Assembly (NCBI GenBank): GCA_002104905.1 | Contig: MCFE01000356.1 | Span: 23,931-87,930 of the forward strand | DNA: 64,000 bases | Direction of reading: 5' to 3' | Origin: Basidiobolus meristosporus CBS 931.73 | Taxonomy: Eukaryota > Fungi > Basidiobolomycota | Shown: positions 52,363-64,000 of the stretch, piece after piece | Numbering within the stretch: the stretch's first letter is position 1 | Layout: every line of letters begins with the position of its first letter | The notes under the pieces: generated by a model | Database searches by the model: none | What the model saw: the letters and a program-made list of their open reading frames with translations, nothing else | What the model was told of the DNA's origin: nothing | Made by a program: the position numbers and the translations under genes

Positions 52363-53722
52363 ATGTTTGCTCAGGTGTGTGATTCTTTGTCTGTAACCGT
52401 TTCCATCTCTCCCCGCTCACCTTTTTACCTGAGTAGACTCGTGCTCGTTCCTCCATAAATGTCCGCAAGTCGGTCACCAACGACGAAAACAGCGCGGTCC
52501 CTACCAAACCCGGTAACACCAAACTCCCCCTTGGTGCCAAAACCCACAAGAATATCCCCCAAGTGAATCCTGGGGGCTTGAAGGCCAAGCTCGTAAGCAA
52601 AAACGAGGGACTTGGCCGCAGGAGACACGCCCTGGGCGATGTCAGCAATGTTGCGCCTCAAGTGGTAAGCCACGATGTCGATACCTGATGCCTACACAGT
52701 ACCTAAAATACTCCCGACCATTCTAGAATGCGGGTGTCAAGAAACTAGGAAAACCAGCAGTCAGTAAGGTGAAAACGGAAATCAAGTCTACCGGGCTCAG
52801 AGTGAAGAAACGTACCGTTGCTACCGCTCCAGTGGCAAAGGCCGTTGAGGAACCCAAGGAAGTGCAAGAAATGGAGATCGACCAACCAGAGATCAAGCAA
52901 GATTGGGATGATTTGGACGCCGAAGATGAGTACGACCCTCTGATGGTGTCGGAGTACGTTCAAGAGATCTTCGAATACCTGAAAGAGATCGAACCCCAGT
53001 TCATTCCAAATCCAAATTACATGGAGATGCAGAAGGGGTTGGCATGGAAGATGAGAGCCATTCTGGTCGATTGGTTGATCGAGGTTCACGAGAAGTTCCG
53101 GTTGCTGCCGGAAACCCTGTTTCTCGGAATTAATCTGATTGACCGGTTCCTCTCGTTAAGAGTGGTGTCTTTGAACAAGCTGCAGTTGGTTGGTATCACT
53201 GCCATGCTGATTGCATCCAAGTACGAAGAGATCTTCGCCCCATCCATCGAGAATTTCATCTACATGGCCGATGGCGGTTACTCCGAAGACGAGGTCAAGA
53301 AGGCCGAGAGATACATGTTGCAGGTTATCGAGTGGAACATGAGCTATCCCAATCCCCTCAACTTCCTTCGTCGTGTGTCCAAAGCCGACAGCTACGACGC
53401 ACAAACCAGAACAATTGCAAAGTATCTGATGGAGGTGGCCTTGATGGACCACCGTCTTTTGCATTGCCCCCCGTCACTGACCGCAGCCTCCGCCATCTAT
53501 CTAGCCAGATTAATGCTCAAACGTGGTAGCTGGGATGCCAATTTGACTCACTATTCAGGCTACAGTGAGGAGCAGATGGAAGAATGCTGCAAACTAATCC
53601 TGGACTACCTCTCCAAGCCAACGAAATACCAATCCCTGTACAACAAGTACAACCAAGAGAAATACCTCCAAGTGAGCAAATTCGTACAGCACTGGGTCGC
53701 CAAAAATACCAAATCCAATTAA
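52363..53722 (+). CDS. Mitotic B-type cyclin (Clb/Cdc13-like), multi-exon
   Basis: MFAQ|TRARSS...NDEN, destruction box RHALGDVSN, cyclin box MRAILVDWLIEVHEKFRLLPETLFLGINLIDRFLS...KYEE, LNFLRRVSKAD. Confidence 0.94.
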
Positions 53723-53859
53723 TCCCTCGAAAAAGTACATATCATGATTTTTGTATATATCATTTCAATAAATATCCCTGGCTTAGTTGAACTACACTGC
53801 ACGCGTCTTTATCTACATCATTAACGTATGTACATCAAGCCTCTATTTCTCAAAAATCC

Positions 53860-55175
53860 CTACCTTTTCCGCCGCATCATGGATCTGGTGATACGACCGT
53901 CGCCAGCCTTGTGAACCACCAGCTCCTTGGCTATCCGGCCTACTCCCCGGCGGATTTTTCTGTATTCCTTCCGCAACACCTTCATTCGTCTGGAGATCTC
54001 CTTCAGTGTCATGGATTCGTGCTGCTCAACAGGCTCGATTTCGTGTTTGTTGCCGGAGTCAGTTTCGGAGGTTGCACTTGAGGTACTTTTCTTCCGCTCG
54101 GCAGGAGACGGAGGCGAAATAGGATTCTTCTGTTTACCTGACCCTGAGGCAGTTCCCTGCCCTCGGCCATGATGGTTTCCCGAATCGTCGCTCTCGCCAG
54201 TTTTCTTTCGTTTCCGGCCGGAGCTTCTCGTCTGTTCTTGTGGAGATTTTTTGGGCGGGGTTTGGGCGTCAGAATCCCCATTTGGCAGGCCTGCTTTCTC
54301 TTGGTCTGAAGGTGGGGTGCTAGGATGTGGTGCTACGGGAGGAATGGCTTTGTCTTTTCCCCACAGTTTCCACATGAATTTCTTGCCGAGCTCCCCGGTT
54401 TGTAGATACTTCAGGGCGATCACGACCCCAGGGTCACGTAGGAAAGACCGGTGGTCGGTAAACTCGTTAAAAGGATCCTCTCCAGGCTGGAAAAGGGTGA
54501 GCTCGCTGATCTTACATATGGAACTACAGTGTACCAAATTCGTTAGTTGTCTCGAACCCTGGAAGAGAAGGAAAGCCCTAGTACAATTTGTTATCTTCAA
54601 AATATCGTACTAAACATTCGTCACACTCTAGCTTCCGAGAAACCATGCTACGGTCTATCTCACTGGGTGGAACAACCTGGTTTCGTTTAGCAGAGTAAAC
54701 ATGGGGGAACACAAGTGTATCGGTTCCTTACCATAGCCGGCCACCAATATTCCGCGCTCTCGTCCAGTGGGTCCACAAACACAACTTCTCTTCCCTTGAA
54801 GCGCGTGGTCGCCCTCTGTTTGTCTGGCTTTGCATTTGTCGTAGGTTTGGTCGAGACATCGGCTTCTAGGTTGAAGCTTACATACATATATCCATCAGTA
54901 CCAGTTAGAACACAAATGGCTGAGGCGAGCGATAGATACTTTATGTAAGGAAGGGTGGGGCTTCTCTTCTCCTCTTTCAGATATTCGGTTTCCTCTTGGG
55001 CCACTTTCTCGTCTTTCGCTGGTTGGAATCTCTGTTCGGGATACTTCTCTTCCGGAAAGGGTTTTTCTGATAGTAAGGCCTGCAGGTGACCCAAGCGGGG
55101 AAAATCCTTGTCAGTATTTGGATAAGCTCTATAAGTCTGTGTGGAAAAGGTTCTAATATACCGAAGGCATCGCAT
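53860..55175 (-). CDS. Hypothetical nuclear protein with PWWP-like domain (YWWP variant); 5' end uncertain
   Basis: Spliced FKGREVVFVDPLDESAEYWWPAMVVPPSEID...CLVRYFEDNKFSICKISELTLF, followed by a basic low-complexity tail (RKRKK) and a coiled-coil-like end. Confidence 0.65.
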
Positions 55176-55680
55176 GCGTTTCCATAACTATACTGCTGAG
55201 TCTACTGTGGCTGACTTACGTGTAAGACGAATATTAAGCAACTGGGTTGGTTATGGTTGTCATGCAGACGAGGTTTCGAAAGCAGGAGTGATTTATTATG
55301 TGGTGGATATATATGGGCTCCTGGTTGCTCGAACGTCAAAGGCTAGTGGCGAAGTGAAGAGTGACAGCTAATGAATGTACAATTAGAGTTCAAAATTGAA
55401 GGTCCACCTTAATATATGCCACCAAAGAATGTCTGGTGATTGGTTACTGGGTGTATGATCCTTGCGAACCATGTAAGGCTGAGTGGGCAATCTGATGCGG
55501 AATCCCCGAAAATATCCCTCTTCACTAGAAACACCTTGATTCAGCCAAAATACGCCTCTCCACTGGAGACGAATTATACGAATTCAGGCCATTCCATTTC
55601 TCCATCATTTTCACGCATTCCACTACAATCATATTCCGGGTAGGATTGACAAGTAGTCATGAAAGACACTGTTGATGGCC

Positions 55681-56718
55681 CTAGTTAGCTGAATGATAAG
55701 GCGGGCATATGTCCACTGTTGCATATTCCGGTGGGGCGGTCAAGATGTTTTCGTAGCTTGGTAGTCCGTTGTCATCCTCTAGGACAAAGGGTGACAGGTG
55801 TACCGGGATTCGGATGATTATCACTTTTCTGTTCTGCTCGTCGTCCATTAGGATGATGGTGGCATCCAGTGTATGTTTGATCTGAAAGAAAATGGTGCTG
55901 CAGTCTAACTGCACATATTCCAGCGACTTTGGAACGTACAGACGCAGGGTCTGTTCCAACAGTTCAGAGGTGGCTGCTGTCCAGGGGCTGGAGATCCTGG
56001 CAATTTGCTGCGTATATGTAGAGGACCAGCCGTTGTGGGTTCGATATTTTATGTCCTCGTTGAGAGAAAGAGTGATCTTGGTCACTCGCAGGTCATCGAT
56101 GAGTGGCTTAAGCCCTATCCGTACGGGGAGCTCATCCCCCAGTCTGAACCTCGAAGAGGGAGCCAGTATGTAAAAGCGAAGTTTCCTCTCCAACTCCCCG
56201 GTTTTCACCAAGGCCTGTTCCGTCTCTATAGGTACAGAGTGAAGAACGAACAGAGACTCGGTGTCGTATAAACAACGACGAATTCCCGTCCGGCTGACCT
56301 TGGCGCAGAAGGTGTATTGAACGTAGCCATATTTAGTGAATACAGTATTTGGGAGATTCCTATCCAAGAACAGCTCGAAGTGGTACTTGTATCGACCGTG
56401 ACCGAACAACCTCGGCTCCCCACTCAGCCCAAGGAATTGCCACCCCTTGGAGATCAGGGTGTTCTGGAAGTGGATGGAACCTAAATGAAAAGAGCCAGCT
56501 TAATCCGGGATTATCCTGATAAATGTCGGCCTGCCATTACCATTCTCTTTCCCATTGATGGTAACTACGCCTTCAAAGGTGAGATCAATCGTCTTGATCT
56601 TCACCGCTGAGTGGACAGTCAATAGAACATACCCTCTGACTATGCGGCCCGTAGTTATCCCACTGAAGAAAACATACGGATCGTCCAGCACTATCTTCAA
56701 TGAATCCCGCTTAAACAT
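55681..56718 (-). CDS. Alpha-arrestin (ART family), 2 exons
   Basis: RGYVLLTVHSAVKIKTIDLTFEG, GRYKYHFELFLDRNLPNTVFTKYGYVQYTFCAKV; C-terminal PY motifs LPSY, PPEY, PPY. Confidence 0.88.
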
Positions 56719-57459
56719 TTTGCTGATCACGACCAGACCTGTGGTCCAGATATATAACGCATCTAAGCAACAATGGGCCTCATCTCATCTCCTGATTGTT
56801 CCGCTCACTCTAGTGCAACAGATGATTGAAACCAATCCAAATTAGTCACAAGTCGGATTTGTCAGAAACATTTGAGAATCACTGGTTCATCCTGCCTTCC
56901 AGTGGGTTGCCAATCTAGCCTACGTATACCATTACTACTGCAGTTCCTCACAACCATTCTTCTGTAATATGACTGTGTACGTATTTATTAATGGCACATA
57001 ATATGGCCGAGTACGTGTTTATTGATGGAAGTAACCTTTATGCAAGCGAAACATAGCAACCAATGCTTCCCATTGCACACACCGTTGTAAATCATATTGT
57101 TGGCTTTGTCTTGGGTGATTTTGAGATGTTTCGTTCCATTTTATCAGTCTTGGATCTGATTGCACTAAGCCCCTATCTTCGTATTCCAAATAGCGGGCCT
57201 CATGCAGTAATGAACTAATACCCTAATGCTGCAAATGCTCACTATAAATCCCAAAGATTTATTGCAAGTCATGGCTCCCATGATGGATTTACGGGCATCA
57301 AATGTTAACCTGGGGATACCTTGACAATTTTTTATTGCGAATTTACACCCAAATCACTTAACACCTCAAGAATCTATCTAGCTTATTGATAAATTATGAT
57401 TCATCTGCTCAGGATCTACTTGGCATATTATTAGCAAGCTCTTAGAATTGTTGTTGCCT

Positions 57460-57632
57460 GTTGTAAAACTCTAAGAGAGCATTGGAAGTGATTTGGTGAA
57501 CTTGCAGAACTGCACAGTATTCACTTTTTGTGCTGGTGAGCTCAAATAAAGTGTGTGTACCATTGATAGAGCTTTGTAAAAGTAATGACTTGCATGCTTC
57601 AAGAAAGGCTTCAGAAGGTTGTCTGCAGGATT
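57460..57632 (-). repeat. Truncated inverted LTR remnant of a related copia family
   Basis: On the minus strand it ends ...caccaaatcacttccaatgctctcttagagttttacaaca, resembling the U5 end of the adjacent LTR (ctccaaatcacttccaatatctccaagactcttacaaca); the rest is dissimilar. Confidence 0.55.
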
Positions 57633-57983
57633 TGTTGTAAAAAATTCGTATTTTCCACCTAAATATTCACCTAACTTAGTCACTCAGATCATCACCTTCA
57701 AATCCTAGAGAATACTGACCAAATTCCTTGTCGGGATTTACTTAGAATATTCTCACCAAAATACCAGGTACCCAGAACATGAAAATTCTCAAAGTTGTCC
57801 AAACAGCCCCAAACTTTGCACACATGTTCTTGGGACCTTCCTTAACCTATTCTACGTGTTTGTAATGCCAAGACCATGTAAAAGTATAAATACTACTTTT
57901 ACATTCAATAAATCATTAAGTGAAAACCACATAATCTACTTGTTCTCCAAATCACTTCCAATATCTCCAAGACTCTTACAACA
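57633..57983 (+). repeat. 5' LTR (351 bp)
   Basis: TGTTGT...ACAACA direct repeat of 61971-62319; contains TATAAA and AATAAA. Confidence 0.93.
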
Positions 57984-57987
57984 GGTT

Positions 57988-60900
57988 ATGAGCCCCGAGC
58001 TGTCACTCTCTGCAATGTCTACTACTGCTATTACTGGAATTTTTCCCTTTGCTGAAAAGTTGGATGGATCTAACTACCAAGTGTGGAAGGTGAAGATGAA
58101 GATGCTCCTACAAGAAAGAGGCCTTTGGGATATTGTCATGGGAGAAGAATGCCCTCCTAAAAACGTGGGAGAGGAAGCCTTGAAGTACCAGAAGAAAGAA
58201 CAAAGTGCCTTTAACTGCATTTGCCTTAATGTCAAGGACAAATTGCTAATTCAATGCTCAAGAGCAAAAACGGCAAAGAATGCCTGGAAGGCATTAGAAG
58301 ACACCTACCAGTCATGTTCAGCTGCCAAGAAATTGTATCTGAGAAGAAAATTCTTTACTACAAAGATGCTGCCAGGAGAAGAAATGAAAAATCTAATTAA
58401 CAGAATTACCCTGCTGGTAGATGAGATGGAATCTGTGGGCATACCAACTACTGATGAGGATGTGATAGTTACCATCCTGAATAGCCTGACAGACGAGTTT
58501 CAGGGCCTTGTATCAGCCCTAGAGTCCAGAACTGAAGATTTGACCTTAAATTACGTATATGGAAGGCTCCTGGATGAAGAATTAAGAAAATCAAGTGCCA
58601 ATAAGAAGGAAGAAGAAAATGCTTTAATAAGCAATGATAACCAACAAAGGAGGTACCCAAGACCCTACAAAGGCAACAACAACCTATTTTGCAACTACTG
58701 CAAAAGGAAAGGACACACATCAGACAGGTGCTTCAAAAAGAGAGATTATCAGCAAAAGAAGCCTGAATATGGAAATGCTGCAACAACTGAAGATAGACTA
58801 TTCATATCTGCACTAAATATGACCACAAACAAGGATTCTCAGACGTGGTATATTGACTCTGGAGCTTCTCAACACTTTACACACCAAAAAGAACTTTTTA
58901 CCCAATATCAAGAAATTCCAATTAAGAAGGTTTTCATGGGTGACGATAGAACACTTGATGCAGTGGGAGAAGGAACTATCCAAGTAAACCTTAGAAGCAG
59001 TGAAGGAAGCCATACACTGACCTTTAAAGAAGTACTCTATGTACCAGAAATAGCCAAGAACCTACTCTCTGTAAGCAAGGCCACAGCAGAAGGACTCAGT
59101 TTCAGTTTTGACAATTCTGGATGCAGGATCACTGATCAAAATGGTGCCCATATTGCTTCGGGCATCAGAGATCAGAATCTATACAAGTTGACTTATATTC
59201 CATCATATCTGGAAGCCAATATAAGTAACTTAAATGAAGAAACACCAATGCTTTGGCACAGGAGATTTGGACACATCAATTTTGATTATTTGCGTAAAAT
59301 GATCAAAGATCAGCTAATTTCTGGAGTGAAAATTGATCCCCCAGCTAATTTGGAGCACTGTGAAGCCTGCATATATGGGAAACAAGCCAGACAACCGTTC
59401 AAGAGCTCTGGGTTAATCAAAACTAAGAAAAAATTAGATCTAATTCACTCAGATCTGTGTGGACCTATGCAAAATTTATCCTTAGGTGGGATGAAGTATT
59501 TAATCACTTTTATTGATGATTATACAAGATACACATGGGTCTACTTCATGGAGAGAAAGGAAGAAGCTCTGTCTAAGTTCAGGGAGTTTAAAGCCATGGT
59601 GGAGAGAGAAACTGGTGAAAAAATCAAGAAAATACGCTCTGACAATGGTGGAGAATATACCTCAAAACTCTTCATCCACATCTGCAAAATTCATGGGATA
59701 AAGCAAGAGACTACTGTACCATACTCCCCACAGCAAAATGGAGTAGCAGAACGAGCTAACAGATCAATAATTGATATGGCAAGATCTATGATCCATGATC
59801 AAAAATTATCCTATGATTTTTGGGCGGAATCAGTTGCCACTGCTGTTTACCTTAAAAATAGGAGTTATAACAGAATACTTTGTGATTCTACTCCATTTGA
59901 AGCATGGTATGGATACAGACCAAGTGCAGAACATCTAAGAATATTTGGGTGTACAGCATATGCCAAAAAACTGGCCAGAAATCAGTCCAAATTTGAGCCA
60001 AAAAGTGTAAAATGCATATTTTTGGGCTACTGCAATGAGAGTAAGGCATACAGACTCTACAATACCAAAGCAAAGAAGCTGATCAAGTCCAGGGATGTGT
60101 TGTTTGATGAAAATTCAAAATTTTCACAAAAAATGACATCAGATGATGACGAAAATTTGATCTCAAGTCCACCAATTGTCAGGATTGAATCAGAGCAAAA
60201 CAATGAAAATTTTTTCACTCCAGAGGACTCTACAACCGTGGTTCAGCCAGAATCAGTGCCCAGGAATATCCCAGAAGTGATCATTCCAGTATCAAATGCC
60301 TGGAGATCAAATCGGACAAGAAATAGCCCAAATTACTATATTAATGAGGGTACAAACTTAGCCTATGCCTATTCAGTCCATATTGATGAACCCCAGACTG
60401 TAAAAGTGGCCCTAAATAGCCCTCAGACAAAGTTTTGGAGATCTGCAATGACTAAGGAATATCAGGCCCTGATGGAAAATCAAACTTGGGACTTAGTCAA
60501 ATTACCAATCAACCAAAAATCAATTTGATGCAGATGGGTATTTAAGACAAAATACAAGGCTGATGGTACAATTGAAAGATACAAAGCAAGACTTGTAGCC
60601 AAAGGATACTCTCAAACAAAAGGACTTGACTATACTGAGACCTTTGCACTGGTAGCCAAGTTTAATTCCATCAGATTAATATTGGCTATTGCAGCCAAAT
60701 ATAAGTTTTTGATTCATCAAATGGATGTAAAAACTGCATTTTTGAATGGAGAACTTGATGAGGACGTGTATATGGACCAGCCTGATGGGTTTGTTGACCA
60801 AGATAACCCCCATTTGGTCTGCAAGCTTAAAAAGTCACTCTATGGTCTCAAACAATCACCAAGAGCCTGGAATTGCAAGATAGATTCTTATTTGGAATCT

Positions 60901-61959
60901 TTGAGTTTCAAAAGGAGTAATGCTGACTATAGTATATACTATAAGCCAGATAGAGCAAATCCAGTTCTATTAGCTCTATATGTGGATGATCTTATTATAG
61001 CCGCCAATAACCTAGAAACATTGGAAGAGACTAAATCCAGCCTATCTAAGGAGTTCAAGATGCCTGATCTAGGAGAACTTAGTTACTACTTAGGGATTAA
61101 GTTGTCCATAGACAGAAGTACCCAGACTATTACCCTAAGCCAATCCAAGTATATTCAAGATATACTAAAGAAGTACCAAATAGAAGACTGTAAACCGGCA
61201 GCTACCCCAATGGAGACAAACCTTAACTTGGTCAAAACTCAACCAAATCAAGAGAGCTTGGTGCCATCTGAAAGCCCTGACTTTCCTTATCAATCTATGG
61301 TTGGCAGTCTGATGTCTATCATGCTTGGAACACGTCCAGATATCTCATATTCAGTGGGAGTTGTCAGCCAACATAATCAGAACTATGGATCTGATCATAT
61401 TGCAGCAGTTAAGCGGATTTTTAGATACCTAAAAGGAACTGCTGATATCTGCTTAAGATACACTTATAAGGATTTAGGACAGGATCTTATGGGATACTCT
61501 GATGCTGATTGAGGACAAAATTTGGAAGACAGAAGATCCACCACAGGATACACCTTTCTTTACTGTAAAGGAGCAATTTCATGGAATTCAAGAAAGCAAC
61601 CAACCGTAGCACTTTCTACTACAGAGGCAGAGTATATGGCAGCCTGTGAAGCTACAAAAGAAGCAATGTGGTTAAGAAAGCTCTTTACAGATTTAGGCCT
61701 ATGTCAAAAAACGCCTATTACTTTATTTCAAGATAATCAAGGATGTATACAATTAGGTAGAAATCCAACTTTTCATGCTAGAGCCAAGCACATAGATATT
61801 AGACATCATTTCATATGTGAAGCTATAGAGAATAGCTTAGTTAGCTTAGTTTACTGTCCTACAGATGAAATGATTGCAGACATATTTGCCAAATCATTAG
61901 CTAGAGACAAGTTTGAATATCTTAGGTCAAAATTAGGACTAGTCAGTATGAACATTTAG
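57988..61959 (+). pseudogene. Copia gag-pol polyprotein with TGA stops at 60526-60528 and 61510-61512
   Basis: KLDGSNYQVWK (gag), CNYCKRKGHTSDRC zinc knuckle, WYIDSGASQH protease, LWHRRFGH, HSDLCGP/SDNGGEY/QQNGVAER integrase, [30 protein letters not shown] RNase H; the three ORFs are all in one frame. Confidence 0.95.
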
Positions 61960-61970
61960 CTGAGTGGGAG

Positions 61971-62319
61971 TGTTGTAAAAATTTGTATTTCCACCTAAAT
62001 ATACACCTAACTTAGTCACTTAGATCATTATCTTCATATCCTAGAAAATACTGACCAAATTCCTTGTTGGGATTTACTTAGAATATTTTCACCAAAATAC
62101 CAGGTACCCAGAACATGAAAATTCTCAAAGTTGTCCAAACAGCGCCAAACTTTGCACACATGTTCTTGGGACCTTCCTTAACCTATTCTACGTGTTTGTT
62201 ATGCTAAGACCAGGTAAAAGTACAAATACTACTTTTACAATCAATAAATCATTAAGTGAAAACCACATAATCTACTTGTCCTCCCAATCACTTCCAATAT
62301 CTCCAAGACTCTTACAGCA
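61971..62319 (+). repeat. 3' LTR (349 bp)
   Basis: About 94% identical to the 5' LTR by manual alignment (about 19 substitutions, 2 single-base indels). Confidence 0.93.
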
Positions 62320-64000
62320 ATTTTAACCTAAGATATTTAAGCTTGACTCTAGTTAATGGTTTGGTAAATATGTCTGCAATCATTTCATCTGTAGGACAGT
62401 AAACTAAGCTAACTAAGTTATTCTCTATAGCTTCACATATGAAATGATGTCTAATATCTATGTGCTTGGTTCTAGCATGAAAAGTTGGATTTCTACCTAA
62501 TTATATACATCATTGATTGTCTTGAAATAAAGTAATAGGTGTTTTTTGCCATAGGCCTAAATCTGTAAGCAGCTTTCTTAACCACATTGCTTCTTTTGTA
62601 GCTTCACAGGCTGCCATATACTCTGCCTCTGTAGTAGAAAGTGCTACGGTTGGTTGCTTTCTTGAATTCCATGAAATTGCTCCTTTACAGTAAAGAAAGG
62701 TGTATCCTGTGGTGGATCTTCTGTCTTCCAAATTTTGTCCTCAATCAGCATCAGAGTATCCCATAAGATCCTGTCCTAAATCCTTATAAGTGTATCTTAA
62801 GCAGATATCAGCAGTTCCTTTTAGGTATCTAAAAATCCGCTTAACTGCTGCAATATGATCAGATCCATAGTTCTGATTATGTTGGCTGACAACTCCCACT
62901 GAATATGAGATATCTGGACGTGTTCCAAGCATGATAGACATCAGACTGCCAACCATAGATTGATAAGGAAAGTCAGGGCTTTCAGATGGCACCAAGCTCT
63001 CTTGATTTGGTTGAGTTTTGACCAAGTTAAGGTTTGTCTCCATTGGGGTAGCTGCCGGTTTACAGTCTTCTATTTGGTACTTCTTTAGTATATCTTGAAT
63101 ATACTTGGATTGGCTTAGGGTAATAGTCTGGGTACTTCTGTCTATGGACAACTTAATCCCTAAGTAGTAACTAAGTTCTCCTAGATCAGGCATCTTGAAC
63201 TCCTTAGATAGGCTGGATTTAGTCTCTTCCAATGTTTCTAGGTTATTGGTGGCTATAGTAAGATCATCCACATATAGAGCTAATAGAACTGGATTTGCTC
63301 TATCTGGCTTATAGTATATACTATAGTCAGCATTACTTCTTTTGAAATTCAAGGATTCCAAATAAGAATCTATCTTGCAATTCCAGGCTCTTGGTGATTG
63401 TTTGAGACCATAGAGTGACTTTTTAAGCTTGCAGACCAAATGGGGGTTATCTTGGTCAACAAACCCATCAGGCTGGTCCATATACTTGTCCTCATCAAGT
63501 TCTCCATTCAAAAATGCAGTTTTTACATCCATTTGATGAATCAAAAACTTATATTTGGCTGCAATAGCCAATATTAATCTGATGGAATTAAACTTGGCTA
63601 CCAGTGCCAAGGTCTCAGTATAGTCAAGTCCTTTTGTTTGAGAGTATCCTTTGGCTACAAGTCTTGCTTTGTATCTTTCAATTGTACCATCAGCCTTGTA
63701 TTTTGTCTTAAAGACCCATCTGCATCAAATTGATTTTTGGTTGATTGGTAATTTGACTAAGTCCCAAGTTTGATTTTCCATCAGGGCCTGATATTCCTTA
63801 GTCATTGCAGATCTCCAAAACTTTGTCTGAGGGCTATTTAGGGCCTCTTTCACAGTCTGGGGTTCATCAATATAGACTGAATAGGCATAGGCTAAGTTTG
63901 TACCCTCATTGATATAGTAATTTGGGCTATTTCTTGTCCAATTGGATCTCCGGGCATTTGATACTGGAATGATCACTTCTGGGATATTCCTGGGCACCAA
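62320..64000 (-). mobile_element. Second copy of the same copia family in inverted orientation (RT-RNase H region), truncated at the 3' LTR of copy 1 and running off the window
   Basis: Reverse complement of about 60250-61933 with scattered substitutions; shares both TGA stops and has extra stops near 62500-62512. Confidence 0.95.

Larger units (their letters stand above)
57633..62319 (+). mobile_element. Full-length Ty1/copia LTR retrotransposon (copy 1), inactivated by two in-frame stops
   Basis: TG...CA LTRs, PBS GGTTATGAGCCC at 57984, polypurine-like tract agctgagtgggag before the 3' LTR, single-frame gag-pol in the order gag-PR-IN-RT-RH. Confidence 0.97.

Noticed and set aside
4845-53722. 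Cell-cycle gene cluster (TOS4, CENPM, POL2, cyclin B)
   Set aside because: The genes are spread over 50 kb among unrelated housekeeping genes, consistent with chance
1-64000. CRISPR arrays, tRNA or rRNA genes, bacterial horizontally transferred islands
   Set aside because: None seen: no repeat-spacer arrays or cloverleafs, and the intronless ceramidase is a eukaryotic-type family member

Overview
Gene-dense, intron-rich eukaryotic DNA (introns mostly about 55-110 nt, GT-AG) from an early-diverging fungus. A Zoopagomycota/Mucoromycota-type genome is inferred from gene content and is not proven. About 21 housekeeping or conserved genes can be rebuilt across introns: FKBP2, ATP10, ANTH/AP180, Tos4-like FHA, alkaline ceramidase, Sec14/CRAL-TRIO, CSL transcription factor, RRP40, LCB1, CTK1, proteasome alpha2, SEC31, a GDP-fucose-type transporter, DIS3L2, SOM1, POL2, VAC7, eIF3b, cyclin B, a PWWP protein and an arrestin. 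A nested, inverted Ty1/copia cluster occupies the last 6.5 kb. The most notable elements are invisible or fragmentary in the ORF track. (1) A 5-exon CENP-M kinetochore orthologue that keeps a GxxxxGK P-loop, which is degenerate in the human pseudo-GTPase. (2) An intact 9-exon cytochrome P450-fold gene that has lost essentially every catalytic motif except the axial Cys. (3) A non-coding host transcript whose two introns carry snR41- and snR70-like C/D snoRNAs. All product calls come from manual translation and remembered family motifs; no database search was run.
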